Under the pieces are notes generated by a model. The model worked only from the letters and a program-made list of their open reading frames with translations, had not been told where the DNA came from and ran no database searches. From Eledone cirrhosa (Eukaryota), in assembly GCA_964016885.1 (NCBI GenBank), contig OZ024743.1:181536001-181600000 (forward strand): a stretch of 64,000 bases of DNA. The letters run 5' to 3'. Positions within the stretch are counted from its first letter, which is position 1; each line of letters begins with the position of its first letter. Positions 14,180 to 27,725 of this stretch are shown piece by piece. Made by a program: the position numbers and the translations under genes.

Positions 14180-15160
14180 ATTGGTGGTAGTTTGGTAATT
14201 GTATTGTTGTTGTTATTGTTGTTGTTGTTATTGGTGGTGGTGGTTTGGTAATTGTGTTGTTGTTGTTGTTGTTATTGGTGGTGGTTTGGTATTTGTGTTG
14301 TTGTTGTTGTTGTTATTGGTGGTTGTTTGGTAATTGTATTGTTGTTATTGTTGTTATTGGTGGTGGTTTGATAATTGTGTTGTTGCTGTTGATATTGTTG
14401 TTATTGGTGGTGGTTTGGTAATTGTGTTGTTGTTGTTTTTATTAGTGATGGTTTGGTAATCGTGTTGTTGTTGTTGTTGTTATTGGTGGTGGCTTGGTAA
14501 TTGTGTTGTTGTTGTTGTTGTTATTGGTGGTGGTTTGGTAATTGTGTTGTTGTTATTGTGTTATTGGTGGTGGTTTGGTAATTGTGTTGTTGTTGTTGTT
14601 GTTTTTGTTGTTACTGGTGGTGGTTTGGTAATTGTGTTGATGTTGTTGTTGTTATTGATGATGGTTTGTAATTGTGTTGTTGTTGTTATTGTTGTTATTG
14701 CTGGTGGTTTGGTAATTGTGTTGTTGTTGTTGTTATTGGTGGTGGTTTGATTATTGTGTAGTTGTTGTTGTTGTTATTGGTGGTGGTTTGTTGATTGTGT
14801 TGTTGTTGTTGTTATTGGTGGTGGTTTGGTAATTGTGTTGTTGGTGTTGTTGTTATTGGTGGTGGTTTGGTAATTGTGTTGTTGATGTTGTTGTTATTGG
14901 TGGTGGTTTGTAAATTGTGTTGTTGTTGTTATTATTGGTGGTGGTTTGTTGATTGTGTTGTTGTAGTTGTTGGTGGTGGTGGTGGCTTGGTAATTGTGTT
15001 GTTGTTGTTGTTATTGGTGGTGGTTTTGTAATTGTGTTGTTGTTGTTGTTATTGGTGGTGGTTTGGTAATTGTGTTGTTGTTGTTGTTGTTATTGGTGGC
15101 TGTTTGGTAATTGTGTTGTTGTTGTTGTTGTTATTGGTGGCTGTTTGGTAATTGTGTTGT
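10880..15160 (+). repeat. About 2.19-kb tandem duplication (about 10880-12990 and 12990-15160), carried again inside the 7.4-kb duplicate
   Basis: TGGTATGGTA at 11741/13927 (offset 2186); identical ORFs at 12610/14795 (2185); TATTTTCTGG at 10931/13032 (2101, because the first copy lacks two monomers present at about 13215-13300). Confidence 0.9.
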
Positions 15161-17610
15161 TGTTGTTGTTGTTATTGGTGGTGGTTTGGTAATTGTGTTG
15201 TTGTTGTTGTTGTTGTTGTTATTGGTGGTGGTTTGGTAATTGTGTTGTTGTTGTTGTTATTGGTGGTGGTTTGGTAATTGTGTTGTTGTTATTGGTGGTG
15301 GTTTGGTAATTGTGTTGTTGTTGCTGTTGTTGTTGTTGTTGTTGTTGTTGTTAATGGTGGTGGTGTGTTAATTATGTTGTTGTTGTTGTTGTTATTGGTC
15401 GTAGTTTGGTAATTGTGTTGTTGTTGTTATTGGTGATGGTTTGGTAATGGTGTTGTTGTTGTTGTTGTTATTGGTGGTGGTTTTGTAATTGTGTTGTTGT
15501 TGTTGCTTTTGTTATTGTTGGTGGTTTGGTAATTGTGTTGTTGTTGTTTTCGTTATTGTTGGTGGTGTGTTAATTGTGTTGTTGTTGTTGTTGTTATTGG
15601 TGGTGGTTTGGTAATTGTGTTGTTGTTGTTGGTGGTGGTGGTGGTTTGGTAATTGTGTTGTTGTTGTTGTTGTTATTGTTGGTGGTTTGGTAATTGTGTT
15701 GTTGTTGTTGTTGTTATTGGTGGTGGTTTGGTAATTGCGTTGTTGTTGTTGTTGATATTGGTGGTGGTTTTGTAATTGTGTTGTTGTTGTTGGTGGTGGT
15801 GGTTTGGTAATTGTGTTGTTGTTGTTGTTGTTGTTATTGGTGGTGGTTTGGTAATTGTGTTGTTGTTGTTGTTGTTGTTGTTGTTATTGGTGGTGGTTTG
15901 GTAATTGTGTTGTTGTCGTTGTTGTTGTTGTTATTGGTGGTGGTTTGGTAATTGTGCTGTTGTTGTTGTTATTCGTGGTGGTTTGGTAATTTTGTTGTTG
16001 TTATTGGTGGTGGTTAGGTAATTGTGTTGTTGTTATTGTTGTTATTGGTGGTGGTTTGGTAATTGTGTAGTTGTTGTTGTTGTTGTTATTGGTGGTGGTT
16101 TGGTAATTGTGTTGTTATTGTTGTTGTTATTGGTGGTGGTTTGTTAATTGTGTTGTTGTTGTTGTTGTTATTTGTGGAGGTTTGTTAATTGTATTGTTGT
16201 TGTTGTTGTTATTGGTGGAGGTTTGTTAATTGTGTTGTTGCTGTTGTTGTTGTTATTGGTGGAGGTTTGTTAATTGTGTTGTTGTTGTTGTTGTTGTAGT
16301 TGTTGTTGTTGTTATTGGTGGTGGTTCGGTAATTGTGTTGTAGCTGTTGTTATTGGTGGTTGTTTGGTAATTGTGTTGTTGTTGTTGTTATTGGTCGTAG
16401 TTTGGTAATGGTATTGTTGTTGTTGTTGTTGTTGTTGTTATTGGTGGTGGTTTGGTATTTGTATTGTTGTTGTTGTTTTTGTTTTTGTTGTTATTGGTGG
16501 TGGTTTGGTAATTGTGTTGTTGTTATTGTTGTTATTGGTGGTGGTTTGGTAATTGTGTTGTTGTTATTGTTGTTATTGGTGGTGGTTTGGTAATTGTGTT
16601 GTTGTTGTTGTTGTTATTGGTGGCTGTTTGGTAATTGTGTTGTTGTTGTTGTTGTTATTGGTGGCTGTTTGGTAATTGTGTTGTTGTTGTTGTTGTTATT
16701 GGTGGTGGTTTGGTAATTGTGTTGTTGTTGTTGTTGTTGTTGTTATTGGTGGTGGTTTGGTAATTGTGTTGTTGTTATTGGTGGTGGTTTGGTAATTGTG
16801 TTGTTGTTGCTGTTGTTGTTATTGTTGTTGTTGTTAATGGTGGTGGTGTGTTAATTATGTTGTTGTTGTTGTTGTTATTGGTCGTGGTTTGGTAATTGTG
16901 TTGTTGTTGTTATTGTTGTTATTGGTGGTCGTTTTGTAATTGTGATGTTGTTGTTGTTATTGGTGGTGGGTTGGTAATTGTGTTGTTGTTGTTGTTGTTA
17001 TCGGTGGCTGTTTGGTAATTGTGTTGTTGTTGTTGTTGTTATTGGTGGTGGTTTGGTGATTGTGTTGCTGTTATTGTTGTTATTGTTGGTGGTTTTGTAA
17101 TTGTGTTGTCGTTGTTGTTGTTGTTATTGGTGGTGGTTTGGTAACTGTGTTGTTGTTTTTGTTATTGGTGATGGTTTGGTAATGGTGTTGTTGTTGTTGT
17201 TGTTATTGGTGGTGGTTTTGTAATTGTGTTGTTGTTGTTGTTGCTTTTGTTATTGTTGGTGGTTTGGTAATTGTGTTGTTGTTGTTTTTGTTATTGTTGG
17301 TGGTGTGTTAATTGTGTTGTTGTTGTTGTTGTTATTGGTGGTGGTTTGGTAATTGTGTTGTTGTTGTTGGTGGTGGTGGTGGTTTGGTAATTGTGTTGTT
17401 GTTGTTGTTGTTATTGTTGGTGGTTTGGTAATTGTGTTGTTGTTGTTGTTGTTATTGGTGGTGGTTTGGTAATTGCGTTGTTGTTGTTGTTGATATTGGT
17501 GGTGGTTTTGTAATTGTGTTGTTGTTGTTGGTGGTGGTGGTGGTGGTGGTGGTGGTTTGGTAATTGTGTTGTTGTTGTTGTTGTTGTTATTGGTGGTGGT
17601 TTGGTAATTG

Positions 17611-17641
<31 letters not shown>

Positions 17642-19413
17642 ATTGGTGGTGGTTTGGTAATTGTGTTGTTGTTGTTGTTGTTGTTGTTATTGGTGGTGGT
17701 TTGGTAATTGTGCTGTTGTTGTTGTTATTCGTGGTGGTTTGGTAATTTTGTTGTTGTTATTGGTGGTGGTTAGGTAATTGTGTTGTTGTTATTGTTGTTA
17801 TTGGTGGTGGTTTGGTAATTGTGTAGTTGTTGTTGTTGTTGTTATTGGTGGTGGTTTGGTAATTGTGTTGTTATTGTTGTTGTTATTGGTGGTGGTTTGT
17901 TAATTGTGTTGTTGTTGTTGTTGTTATTTGTGGAGGTTTGTTAATTGTATTGTTGTTGTTGTTGTTATTGGTGGAGGTTTGTTAATTGTGTTGTTGCTGT
18001 TGTTGTTGTTATTGGTGGAGGTTTGTTAATTGTGTTGTTGTTGTTGTTGTTGTAGTTGTTGTTGTTGTTATTGGTGGTGGTTCGGTAATTGTGTTGTAGC
18101 TGTTGTTATTGGTGGTTGTTTGGTAATTGTGTTGTTGTTGTTGTTATTGGTCGTAGTTTGGTAATGGTATTGTTGTTGTTGTTGTTGTTGTTGTTATTGG
18201 TGGTGGTTTGGTATTTGTATTGTTGTTGTTGTTTTTGTTTTTGTTGTTATTGGTGGTGGTTTGGTAATTGTGTTGTTGTTATTGTTGTTATTGGTGGTGG
18301 TTTGGTAATTGTGTTGTTGTTGCTGTTGTTGTTGTTGTTGTTGTTGTTAATGGTGGTGGTGTGTTAATTATGTTGTTGTTGTTGTTGTTATTGGTCGTGG
18401 TTTGGTAATTGTGTTGTTGTTGTTATTGTTGTTATTGGTGGTCGTTTTGTAATTGTGATGTTGTTGTTGTTATTGGTGGTGGGTTGGTAATTGTGTTGTT
18501 GTTGTTGTTGTTATTGGTGGCTGTTTGGTAATTGTGTTGTTGTTGTTGTTGTTATTGGTGGTGGTTTGGTGATTGTGTTGCTGTTATTGTTGTTATTGTT
18601 GGTGGTTTTGTAATTGTGTTGTCGTTGTTGTTGTTGTTATTGGTGGTGGTTTGGTAACTGTGTTGTTGTTTTTGTTATTGGTGATGGTTTGGTAATGGTG
18701 TTGTTGTTGTTGTTGTTATTGGTGGTGGTTTTGTAATTGTGTTGTTGTTGTTGTTGCTTTTGTTATTGTTGGTGGTTTGGTAATTGTGTTGTTGTTGTTT
18801 TTGTTATTGTTGGTGGTGTGTTAATTGTGTTGTTGTTGTTGTTGTTATTGGTGGTGGTTTGGTAATTGTGTTGTTGTTGTTGGTGGTGGTGGTGGTTTGG
18901 TAATTGTGTTGTTGTTGTTGTTGTTATTGTTGGTGGTTTGGTAATTGTGTTGTTGTTGTTGTTGTTATTGGTGGTGGTTTGGTAATTGCGTTGTTGTTGT
19001 TGTTGATATTGGTGGTGGTTTTGTAATTGTGTTGTTGTTGTTGGTGGTGGTGGTGGTGGTGGTGGTGGTTTGGTAATTGTGTTGTTGTTGTTGTTGTTGT
19101 TATTGGTGGTGGTTTGGTAATTGTGTTGTTGTTGTTGTTGTTGTTGGTGGTGGTTTGTTAATTGTGTTGTTGTTGTTGTTGTTATTGGTGTTGGTATGGT
19201 AATTGTGTTGATGTTGTTGTTGATATTGGTGGTGGTTTGGTAATTGTGTTGTTGTTATTTTTGTTATTGGTGGTGGTTTGGTAATTGTGTTGTTGTTGTT
19301 GTTGTTGTTGTTATTGGTGGTGGCTTGGTAATTGTGTTGTTGTTGATGTTGTTATTGGTGGGGGTTTGGTAATTGTGTTGTTGTTGTTGTTATTGGTGGC
19401 GGTTTGTTAATTC

Positions 19414-19444
<31 letters not shown>

Positions 19445-20984
19445 ATTGGTGGTAGTTTGGTAATTGTATTGTTGTTGTTATTGTTGTTGTTGTTATTGGT
19501 GGTGGTGGTTTGGTAATTGTGTTGTTGTTGTTGTTGTTATTGGTGGTGGTTTGGTATTTGTGTTGTTGTTGTTGTTGTTATTGGTGGTGGTTTGGTAATT
19601 GTATTGTTGTTATTGTTGTTATTGGTGGTGGTTTGATAATTGTGTTGTTGCTGTTGATATTGTTGTTATTGGTGGTGGTTTGGTAATTGTGTTGTTGTTG
19701 TTTTTATTAGTGATGGTTTGGTAATCGTGTTGTTGTTGTTGTTGTTATTGGTGGTGGCTTGGTAATTGTGTTGTTGTTGTTGTTGTTATTGGTGGTGGTT
19801 TGGTAATTGTGTTGTTGTTATTGTTGTTATTGGTGGTGGTTTGGTAATTGTGTTGTTGTTGTTGTTGTTTTTGTTGTTACTGGTGGTGGTTTGGTAATTG
19901 TGTTGATGTTGTTGTTGTTATTGATGATGGTTTGTAATTGTGTTGTTGTTGTTATTGTTGTTATTGCTGGTGGTTTGGTAATTGTGTTGTTGTTGTTGTT
20001 ATTGGTGGTGGTTTGATTATTGTGTAGTTGTTGTTGTTGTTATTGGTGGTGGTTTGTTGATTGTGTTGTTGTTGTTGTTATTGGTGGTGGTTTGGTAATT
20101 GTGTTGTTGGTGTTGTTGTTATTGGTGGTGGTTTGGTAATTGTGTTGTTGATGTTGTTGTTATTGGTGGTGGTTTGTAAATTGTGTTGTTGTTGTTATTA
20201 TTGGTGGTGGTTTGTTGATTGTGTTGTTGTAGTTGTTGGTGGTGGTGGTGGCTTGGTAATTGTGTTGTTGTTGTTGTTATTGGTGGTGGTTTTGTAATTG
20301 TGTTGTTGTTGTTGTTATTGGTGGTGGTTTGGTAATTGTGTTGTTGTTGTTGTTGTTATTGGTGGCTGTTTGGTAATTGTGTTGTTGTTGTTGTTGTTAT
20401 TGGTGGCTGTTTGGTAATTGTGTTGTTGTTGTTGTTGTTATTGGTGGGGGTTTGGTAATTGTGTTGTTGTTATTGTTGTTGTTATTTTCTGGTGGTTTGG
20501 TAATTGTATTGTTGTTGTTGTTATTATTGGTGTTGGTTTGTTAATTGTGTTGTTGTTGTTGTTGTTATTGGTGGAGGTTTGTTAATTGTGTTGTTGTTAT
20601 TGTTATTTGTGGAGGTTTGTTAATTGTGTTGTTGCTGTTGTTGTTGTTATTGGTGGTGGTTTGTTAATTGTGTTGTTGTTGTTACTGTTATTGGTGGTGG
20701 TTTGGTAATTGTGTTCTTGTTGTTGTTGTAGTTATATGTGGTGGTTTGGTAATTGTGTTGTTGTTGTTGTTGTTGTTGTATTTGGTGGTAGTTTGGTAAT
20801 TGTGTTGTTGTTGTTGTTATTGTTGTTGTTGATATTGGTGGTGATTTGGTAATTGTGTTGTTGTTATTGTTGTTATTGGTGCTGGTTTGATTATTGTGTT
20901 GTTGCTGTTGTTGTTGTTGTTATTGGTGGTGGTTTGGTAATTGTGTTGTTGTTGTTGTTGTTATTGGTGGTTGTTTGGTAATTG

Positions 20985-21015
<31 letters not shown>

Positions 21016-21558
21016 GGTGGCTTGGTAATTGTGTTGTTGTTGTTATTGGTGGTGGTTTGGTAATTGTGTGGTTGTTATTGTTGTTATTGGTGGTGGTTTT
21101 GTAATTGTGTTGGTGTTGTTGTTGTTATTGTTGGTGGTTTGGTAATTGTGTTGTTGTTGTTATTGGTGGTGGTTTGATTATTGTGTTGTTGTTGTTGTTA
21201 TTATTGGTGGTGGTTTGGTGATTGTGTTGTTGTTGTTGTTATTGGTGGTGGTTTGGTAATTGTGTTGTTGTTGTTGTTGTTGTTGTTATTGGTGGTGGTT
21301 TGGTAATTGTGTTGTTGTTGTTGTTGTTGTTGGTGGTGGTTTGTTAATTGTGTTCTTGTTGTTGTTGTTATTGGTGTTGGTATGGTAATTGTGTTGATGT
21401 TGTTGTTGATATTGGTGGTGGTTTGGTAATTGTGTTGTTGTTGTTGTTGTTGTTGTTATTGGTGGTGGCTTGGTAATTGTGTTGTTGTTGATGTTGTTAT
21501 TGGTGGGGGTTTGGTAATTGTGTTGTTGTTGTTGTTATTGGTGGCGGTTTGTTAATTC

Positions 21559-21589
<31 letters not shown>

Positions 21590-24500
21590 ATTGGTGGTAG
21601 TTTGGTAATTGTATTGTTGTTGTTATTGTTGTTGTTGTTATTGGTGGTGGTGGTTTGGTAATTGTGTTGTTGTTGTTGTTGTTATTGGTGGTGGTTTGGT
21701 ATTTGTGTTGTTGTTGTTGTTGTTATTGGTGGTTGTTTGGTAATTGTATTGTTGTTATTGTTGTTATTGGTGGTGGTTTGATAATTGTGTTGTTGCTGTT
21801 GATATTGTTGTTATTGGTGGTGGTTTGGTAATTGTGTTGTTGTTGTTTTTATTAGTGATGGTTTGGTAATCGTGTTGTTGTTGTTGTTGTTGTTATTGGT
21901 GGTGGCTTGGTAATTGTGTTGTTGTTGTTGTTGTTATTGGTGGTGGTTTGGTAATTGTGTTGTTGTTATTGTGTTATTGGTGGTGGTTTGGTAATTGTGT
22001 TGTTGTTGTTGTTGTTTTTGTTGTTACTGGTGGTGGTTTGGTAATTGTGTTGATGTTGTTGTTGTTATTGATGATGGTTTGTAATTGTGTTGTTGTTGTT
22101 ATTGTTGTTATTGCTGGTGGTTTGGTAATTGTGTTGTTGTTGTTGTTATTGGTGGTGGTTTGATTATTGTGTAGTTGTTGTTGTTGTTATTGGTGGTGGT
22201 TTGTTGATTGTGTTGTTGTTGTTGTTATTGGTGGTGGTTTGGTAATTGTGTTGTTGGTGTTGTTGTTATTGGTGGTGGTTTGGTAATTGTGTTGTTGATG
22301 TTGTTGTTATTGGTGGTGGTTTGTAAATTGTGTTGTTGTTGTTATTATTGGTGGTGGTTTGTTGATTGTGTTGTTGTAGTTGTTGGTGGTGGTGGTGGCT
22401 TGGTAATTGTGTTGTTGTTGTTGTTATTGGTGGTGGTTTTGTAATTGTGTTGTTGTTGTTGTTATTGGTGGTGGTTTGGTAATTGTGTTGTTGTTGTTGT
22501 TGTTATTGGTGGCTGTTTGGTAATTGTGTTGTTGTTGTTGTTGTTATTGGTGGCTGTTTGGTAATTGTGTTGTTGTTGTTGTTGTTATTGGTGGTGGTTT
22601 GGTAATTGTGTTGTTGTTGTTGTTGTTGTTGTTATTGGTGGTGGTTTGGTAATTGTGTTGTTGTTGTTGTTATTGGTGGTGGTTTGGTAATTGTGTTGTT
22701 GTTATTGGTGGTGGTTTGGTAATTGTGTTGTTGTTGCTGTTGTTGTTGTTGTTGTTGTTGTTGTTAATGGTGGTGGTGTGTTAATTATGTTGTTGTTGTT
22801 GTTGTTATTGGTCGTAGTTTGGTAATTGTGTTGTTGTTGTTATTGGTGATGGTTTGGTAATGGTGTTGTTGTTGTTGTTGTTATTGGTGGTGGTTTTGTA
22901 ATTGTGTTGTTGTTGTTGCTTTTGTTATTGTTGGTGGTTTGGTAATTGTGTTGTTGTTGTTTTCGTTATTGTTGGTGGTGTGTTAATTGTGTTGTTGTTG
23001 TTGTTGTTATTGGTGGTGGTTTGGTAATTGTGTTGTTGTTGTTGGTGGTGGTGGTGGTTTGGTAATTGTGTTGTTGTTGTTGTTGTTATTGTTGGTGGTT
23101 TGGTAATTGTGTTGTTGTTGTTGTTGTTATTGGTGGTGGTTTGGTAATTGCGTTGTTGTTGTTGTTGATATTGGTGGTGGTTTTGTAATTGTGTTGTTGT
23201 TGTTGGTGGTGGTGGTTTGGTAATTGTGTTGTTGTTGTTGTTGTTGTTATTGGTGGTGGTTTGGTAATTGTGTTGTTGTTGTTGTTGTTGTTGTTGTTAT
23301 TGGTGGTGGTTTGGTAATTGTGTTGTTGTCGTTGTTGTTGTTGTTATTGGTGGTGGTTTGGTAATTGTGCTGTTGTTGTTGTTATTCGTGGTGGTTTGGT
23401 AATTTGGTTGTTGTTATTGGTGGTGGTTAGGTAATTGTGTTGTTGTTATTGTTGTTATTGGTGGTGGTTTGGTAATTGTGTAGTTGTTGTTGTTGTTGTT
23501 ATTGGTGGTGGTTTGGTAATTGTGTTGTTATTGTTGTTGTTATTGGTGGTGGTTTGTTAATTGTGTTGTTGTTGTTGTTGTTATTTGTGGAGGTTTGTTA
23601 ATTGTATTGTTGTTGTTGTTGTTATTGGTGGAGGTTTGTTAATTGTGTTGTTGCTGTTGTTGTTGTTATTGGTGGAGGTTTGTTAATTGTGTTGTTGTTG
23701 TTGTTGTTGTAGTTGTTGTTGTTGTTATTGGTGGTGGTTCGGTAATTGTGTTGTAGCTGTTGTTATTGGTGGTTGTTTGGTAATTGTGTTGTTGTTGTTG
23801 TTATTGGTCGTAGTTTGGTAATGGTATTGTTGTTGTTGTTGTTGTTGTTGTTATTGGTGGTGGTTTGGTATTTGTATTGTTGTTGTTGTTTTTGTTTTTG
23901 TTGTTATTGGTGGTGGTTTGGTAATTGTGTTGTTGTTATTGTTGTTATTGGTGGTGGTTTGGTAATTGTGTTGTTGTTATTGTTGTTATTGGTGGTGGTT
24001 TGGTAATTGTGTTGTTGTTGTTGTTGTTATTGGTGGCTGTTTGGTAATTGTGTTGTTGTTGTTGTTGTTATTGGTGGCTGTTTGGTAATTGTGTTGTTGT
24101 TGTTGTTGTTATTGGTGGTGGTTTGGTAATTGTGTTGTTGTTGTTGTTGTTGTTGTTATTGGTGGTGGTTTGGTAATTGTGTTGTTGTTATTGGTGGTGG
24201 TTTGGTAATTGTGTTGTTGTTGCTGTTGTTGTTATTGTTGTTGTTGTTAATGGTGGTGGTGTGTTAATTATGTTGTTGTTGTTGTTGTTATTGGTCGTGG
24301 TTTGGTAATTGTGTTGTTGTTGTTATTGTTGTTATTGGTGGTCGTTTTGTAATTGTGATGTTGTTGTTGTTATTGGTGGTGGGTTGGTAATTGTGTTGTT
24401 GTTGTTGTTGTTATCGGTGGCTGTTTGGTAATTGTGTTGTTGTTGTTGTTGTTATTGGTGGTGGTTTGGTGATTGTGTTGCTGTTATTGTTGTTATTGTT

Positions 24501-25023
24501 GGTGGTTTTGTAATTGTGTTGTCGTTGTTGTTGTTGTTATTGGTGGTGGTTTGGTAACTGTGTTGTTGTTTTTGTTATTGGTGATGGTTTGGTAATGGTG
24601 TTGTTGTTGTTGTTGTTATTGGTGGTGGTTTTGTAATTGTGTTGTTGTTGTTGTTGCTTTTGTTATTGTTGGTGGTTTGGTAATTGTGTTGTTGTTGTTT
24701 TTGTTATTGTTGGTGGTGTGTTAATTGTGTTGTTGTTGTTGTTGTTATTGGTGGTGGTTTGGTAATTGTGTTGTTGTTGTTGGTGGTGGTGGTGGTTTGG
24801 TAATTGTGTTGTTGTTGTTGTTGTTATTGTTGGTGGTTTGGTAATTGTGTTGTTGTTGTTGTTGTTATTGGTGGTGGTTTGGTAATTGCGTTGTTGTTGT
24901 TGTTGATATTGGTGGTGGTTTTGTAATTGTGTTGTTGTTGTTGGTGGTGGTGGTGGTGGTGGTGGTGGTTTGGTAATTGTGTTGTTGTTGTTGTTGTTGT
25001 TATTGGTGGTGGTTTGGTAATTG

Positions 25024-25054
<31 letters not shown>

Positions 25055-26530
25055 ATTGGTGGTGGTTTGGTAATTGTGTTGTTGTTGTTGTTGTTGTTGT
25101 TATTGGTGGTGGTTTGGTAATTGTGCTGTTGTTGTTGTTATTCGTGGTGGTTTGGTAATTTTGTTGTTGTTATTGGTGGTGGTTAGGTAATTGTGTTGTT
25201 GTTATTGTTGTTATTGGTGGTGGTTTGGTAATTGTGTAGTTGTTGTTGTTGTTGTTATTGGTGGTGGTTTGGTAATTGTGTTGTTATTGTTGTTGTTATT
25301 GGTGGTGGTTTGTTAATTGTGTTGTTGTTGTTGTTGTTATTTGTGGAGGTTTGTTAATTGTATTGTTGTTGTTGTTGTTATTGGTGGAGGTTTGTTAATT
25401 GTGTTGTTGCTGTTGTTGTTGTTATTGGTGGAGGTTTGTTAATTGTGTTGTTGTTGTTGTTGTTGTAGTTGTTGTTGTTGTTATTGGTGGTGGTTCGGTA
25501 ATTGTGTTGTAGCTGTTGTTATTGGTGGTTGTTTGGTAATTGTGTTGTTGTTGTTGTTATTGGTCGTAGTTTGGTAATGGTATTGTTGTTGTTGTTGTTG
25601 TTGTTGTTATTGGTGGTGGTTTGGTATTTGTATTGTTGTTGTTGTTTTTGTTTTTGTTGTTATTGGTGGTGGTTTGGTAATTGTGTTGTTGTTATTGTTG
25701 TTATTGGTGGTGGTTTGGTAATTGTGTTGTTGTTGCTGTTGTTGTTGTTGTTGTTGTTGTTAATGGTGGTGGTGTGTTAATTATGTTGTTGTTGTTGTTG
25801 TTATTGGTCGTGGTTTGGTAATTGTGTTGTTGTTGTTATTGTTGTTATTGGTGGTCGTTTTGTAATTGTGATGTTGTTGTTGTTATTGGTGGTGGGTTGG
25901 TAATTGTGTTGTTGTTGTTGTTGTTATTGGTGGCTGTTTGGTAATTGTGTTGTTGTTGTTGTTGTTATTGGTGGTGGTTTGGTGATTGTGTTGCTGTTAT
26001 TGTTGTTATTGTTGGTGGTTTTGTAATTGTGTTGTCGTTGTTGTTGTTGTTATTGGTGGTGGTTTGGTAACTGTGTTGTTGTTTTTGTTATTGGTGATGG
26101 TTTGGTAATGGTGTTGTTGTTGTTGTTGTTATTGGTGGTGGTTTTGTAATTGTGTTGTTGTTGTTGTTGCTTTTGTTATTGTTGGTGGTTTGGTAATTGT
26201 GTTGTTGTTGTTTTTGTTATTGTTGGTGGTGTGTTAATTGTGTTGTTGTTGTTGTTGTTATTGGTGGTGGTTTGGTAATTGTGTTGTTGTTGTTGGTGGT
26301 GGTGGTGGTTTGGTAATTGTGTTGTTGTTGTTGTTGTTATTGTTGGTGGTTTGGTAATTGTGTTGTTGTTGTTGTTATTGGTGGTGGTTTGGTAATTGCG
26401 TTGTTGTTGTTGTTGATATTGGTGGTGGTTTTGTAATTGTGTTGTTGTTGTTGGTGGTGGTGGTGGTGGTGGTGGTGGTTTGGTAATTGTGTTGTTGTTG
26501 TTGTTGTTGTTATTGGTGGTGGTTTGGTAA
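11670..26530 (+). repeat. Near-perfect 7.4-kb tandem duplication (about 11670-19120 and 19121-26530)
   Basis: Marker offset is 7451 in the left part (11741/19192, 13032/20483, 13927/21378, ORFs 12356/19807 and 12610/20061). It is 7413 further right (ORFs 14535/21948, 14795/22208, 16333/23746, 18089/25502) and 7410 at the end (19021/26431). Paired ORF translations are identical. Confidence 0.93.
15060..19120 (+). repeat. 1.5-1.76-kb block in tandem (two copies plus a truncated third)
   Basis: Paired GGTGGCTGTTT monomers at about 15097 and 16621; GRSLVMV-type ORFs at 16333/18089 (offset 1756). The third copy stops at about 19120, at the 7.4-kb junction. Confidence 0.85.
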
Positions 26531-26533
26531 TTG

Positions 26534-26564
<31 letters not shown>

Positions 26565-27345
26565 ATTGGTGGTGGTTTGGTAATTGTGTTGTTGTCGTTG
26601 TTGTTGTTGTTATTGGTGGTGGTTTGGTAATTGTGCTGTTGTTGTTGTTATTCGTGGTGGTTTGGTAATTTTGTTGTTGTTATTGGTGGTGGTTAGGTAA
26701 TTGTGTTGTTGTTATTGTTGTTATTGGTGGTGGTTTGGTAATTGTGTAGTTGTTGTTGTTGTTGTTATTGGTGGTGGTTTGGTAATTGTGTTGTTATTGT
26801 TGTTGTTATTGGTGGTGGTTTGTTAATTGTGTTGTTGTTGTTGTTGTTATTTGTGGAGGTTTGTTAATTGTGTTGTTGTTATTTGTGGAGGTTTGTTAAT
26901 TGTGTTGTTGCTGTTGTTGTTGTTATTGGTGGAGGTTTGTTAATTGTATTGTTGTTGTTGTTGTTATTGGTGGAGGTTTGTTAATTGTGTTGTTGCTGTT
27001 GTTGTTGTTATTGGTGGAGGTTTGTTAATTGTGTTGTTGTTGTTGTTGTTGTAGTTGTTGTTGTTGTTATTGGTGATGGTTCGGTAATTGTGTTGTAGCT
27101 GTTGTTATTGGTGGTTGTTTGGTAATTGTGTTGTTGTTGTTGTTATTGGTCGTAGTTTGGTAATGGTATTGTTGTTGTTGTTGTTGTTGTTGTTATTGGT
27201 GGTGGTTTGGTATTTGTATTGTTGTTGTTGTTTTTGTTTTTGTTGTTATTGGTGGTGGTTTGGTAATTGTGTTGTTGTTATTGTTGTTATTGGTGTTGGT
27301 TTTGTAATTGTGTTGTTGTTGTTGTTATTGGTGAAGGTTTGGTAA
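22470..27345 (+). repeat. Same 1.5-1.76-kb block, three tandem copies
   Basis: ORFs at 23746, 25502 and 27088 (offsets 1756 and 1586) share the TGTAGCTG and GGTCGTAG variants. Confidence 0.85.
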
Positions 27346-27691
27346 TTGTGTTGTTGTTGTTGTTGTTATTGGTGAAGGTTTTTTAATTGTGCTGTTGTTG
27401 TTGTTGTTATTGGTGGTGGTTTGGTAATGGTGTTGTTGTTGTTATTGGTGGTGGTTTGGTAATGGTGTTGTTGTTATTGTTGTTGTTATTGGTGGTGGTT
27501 TTGTAATTGTGTTGTTGTTGTTGTTGTTGTTATTGGTGGTAGTTTGGTAATTGTGTTGTTGTCGTTGTTGTTGTTATTGTTATTGGTGATTGTTTGGTAA
27601 TTGTGTTGTTGTTGTTGTTGTTGTTGTGATTGGTGGTGGTTTGTTAATTGTGTTGTTGTTGTTGTTGTTATTAGTGGTGGTTTGGTAATTG

Positions 27692-27725
<34 letters not shown>

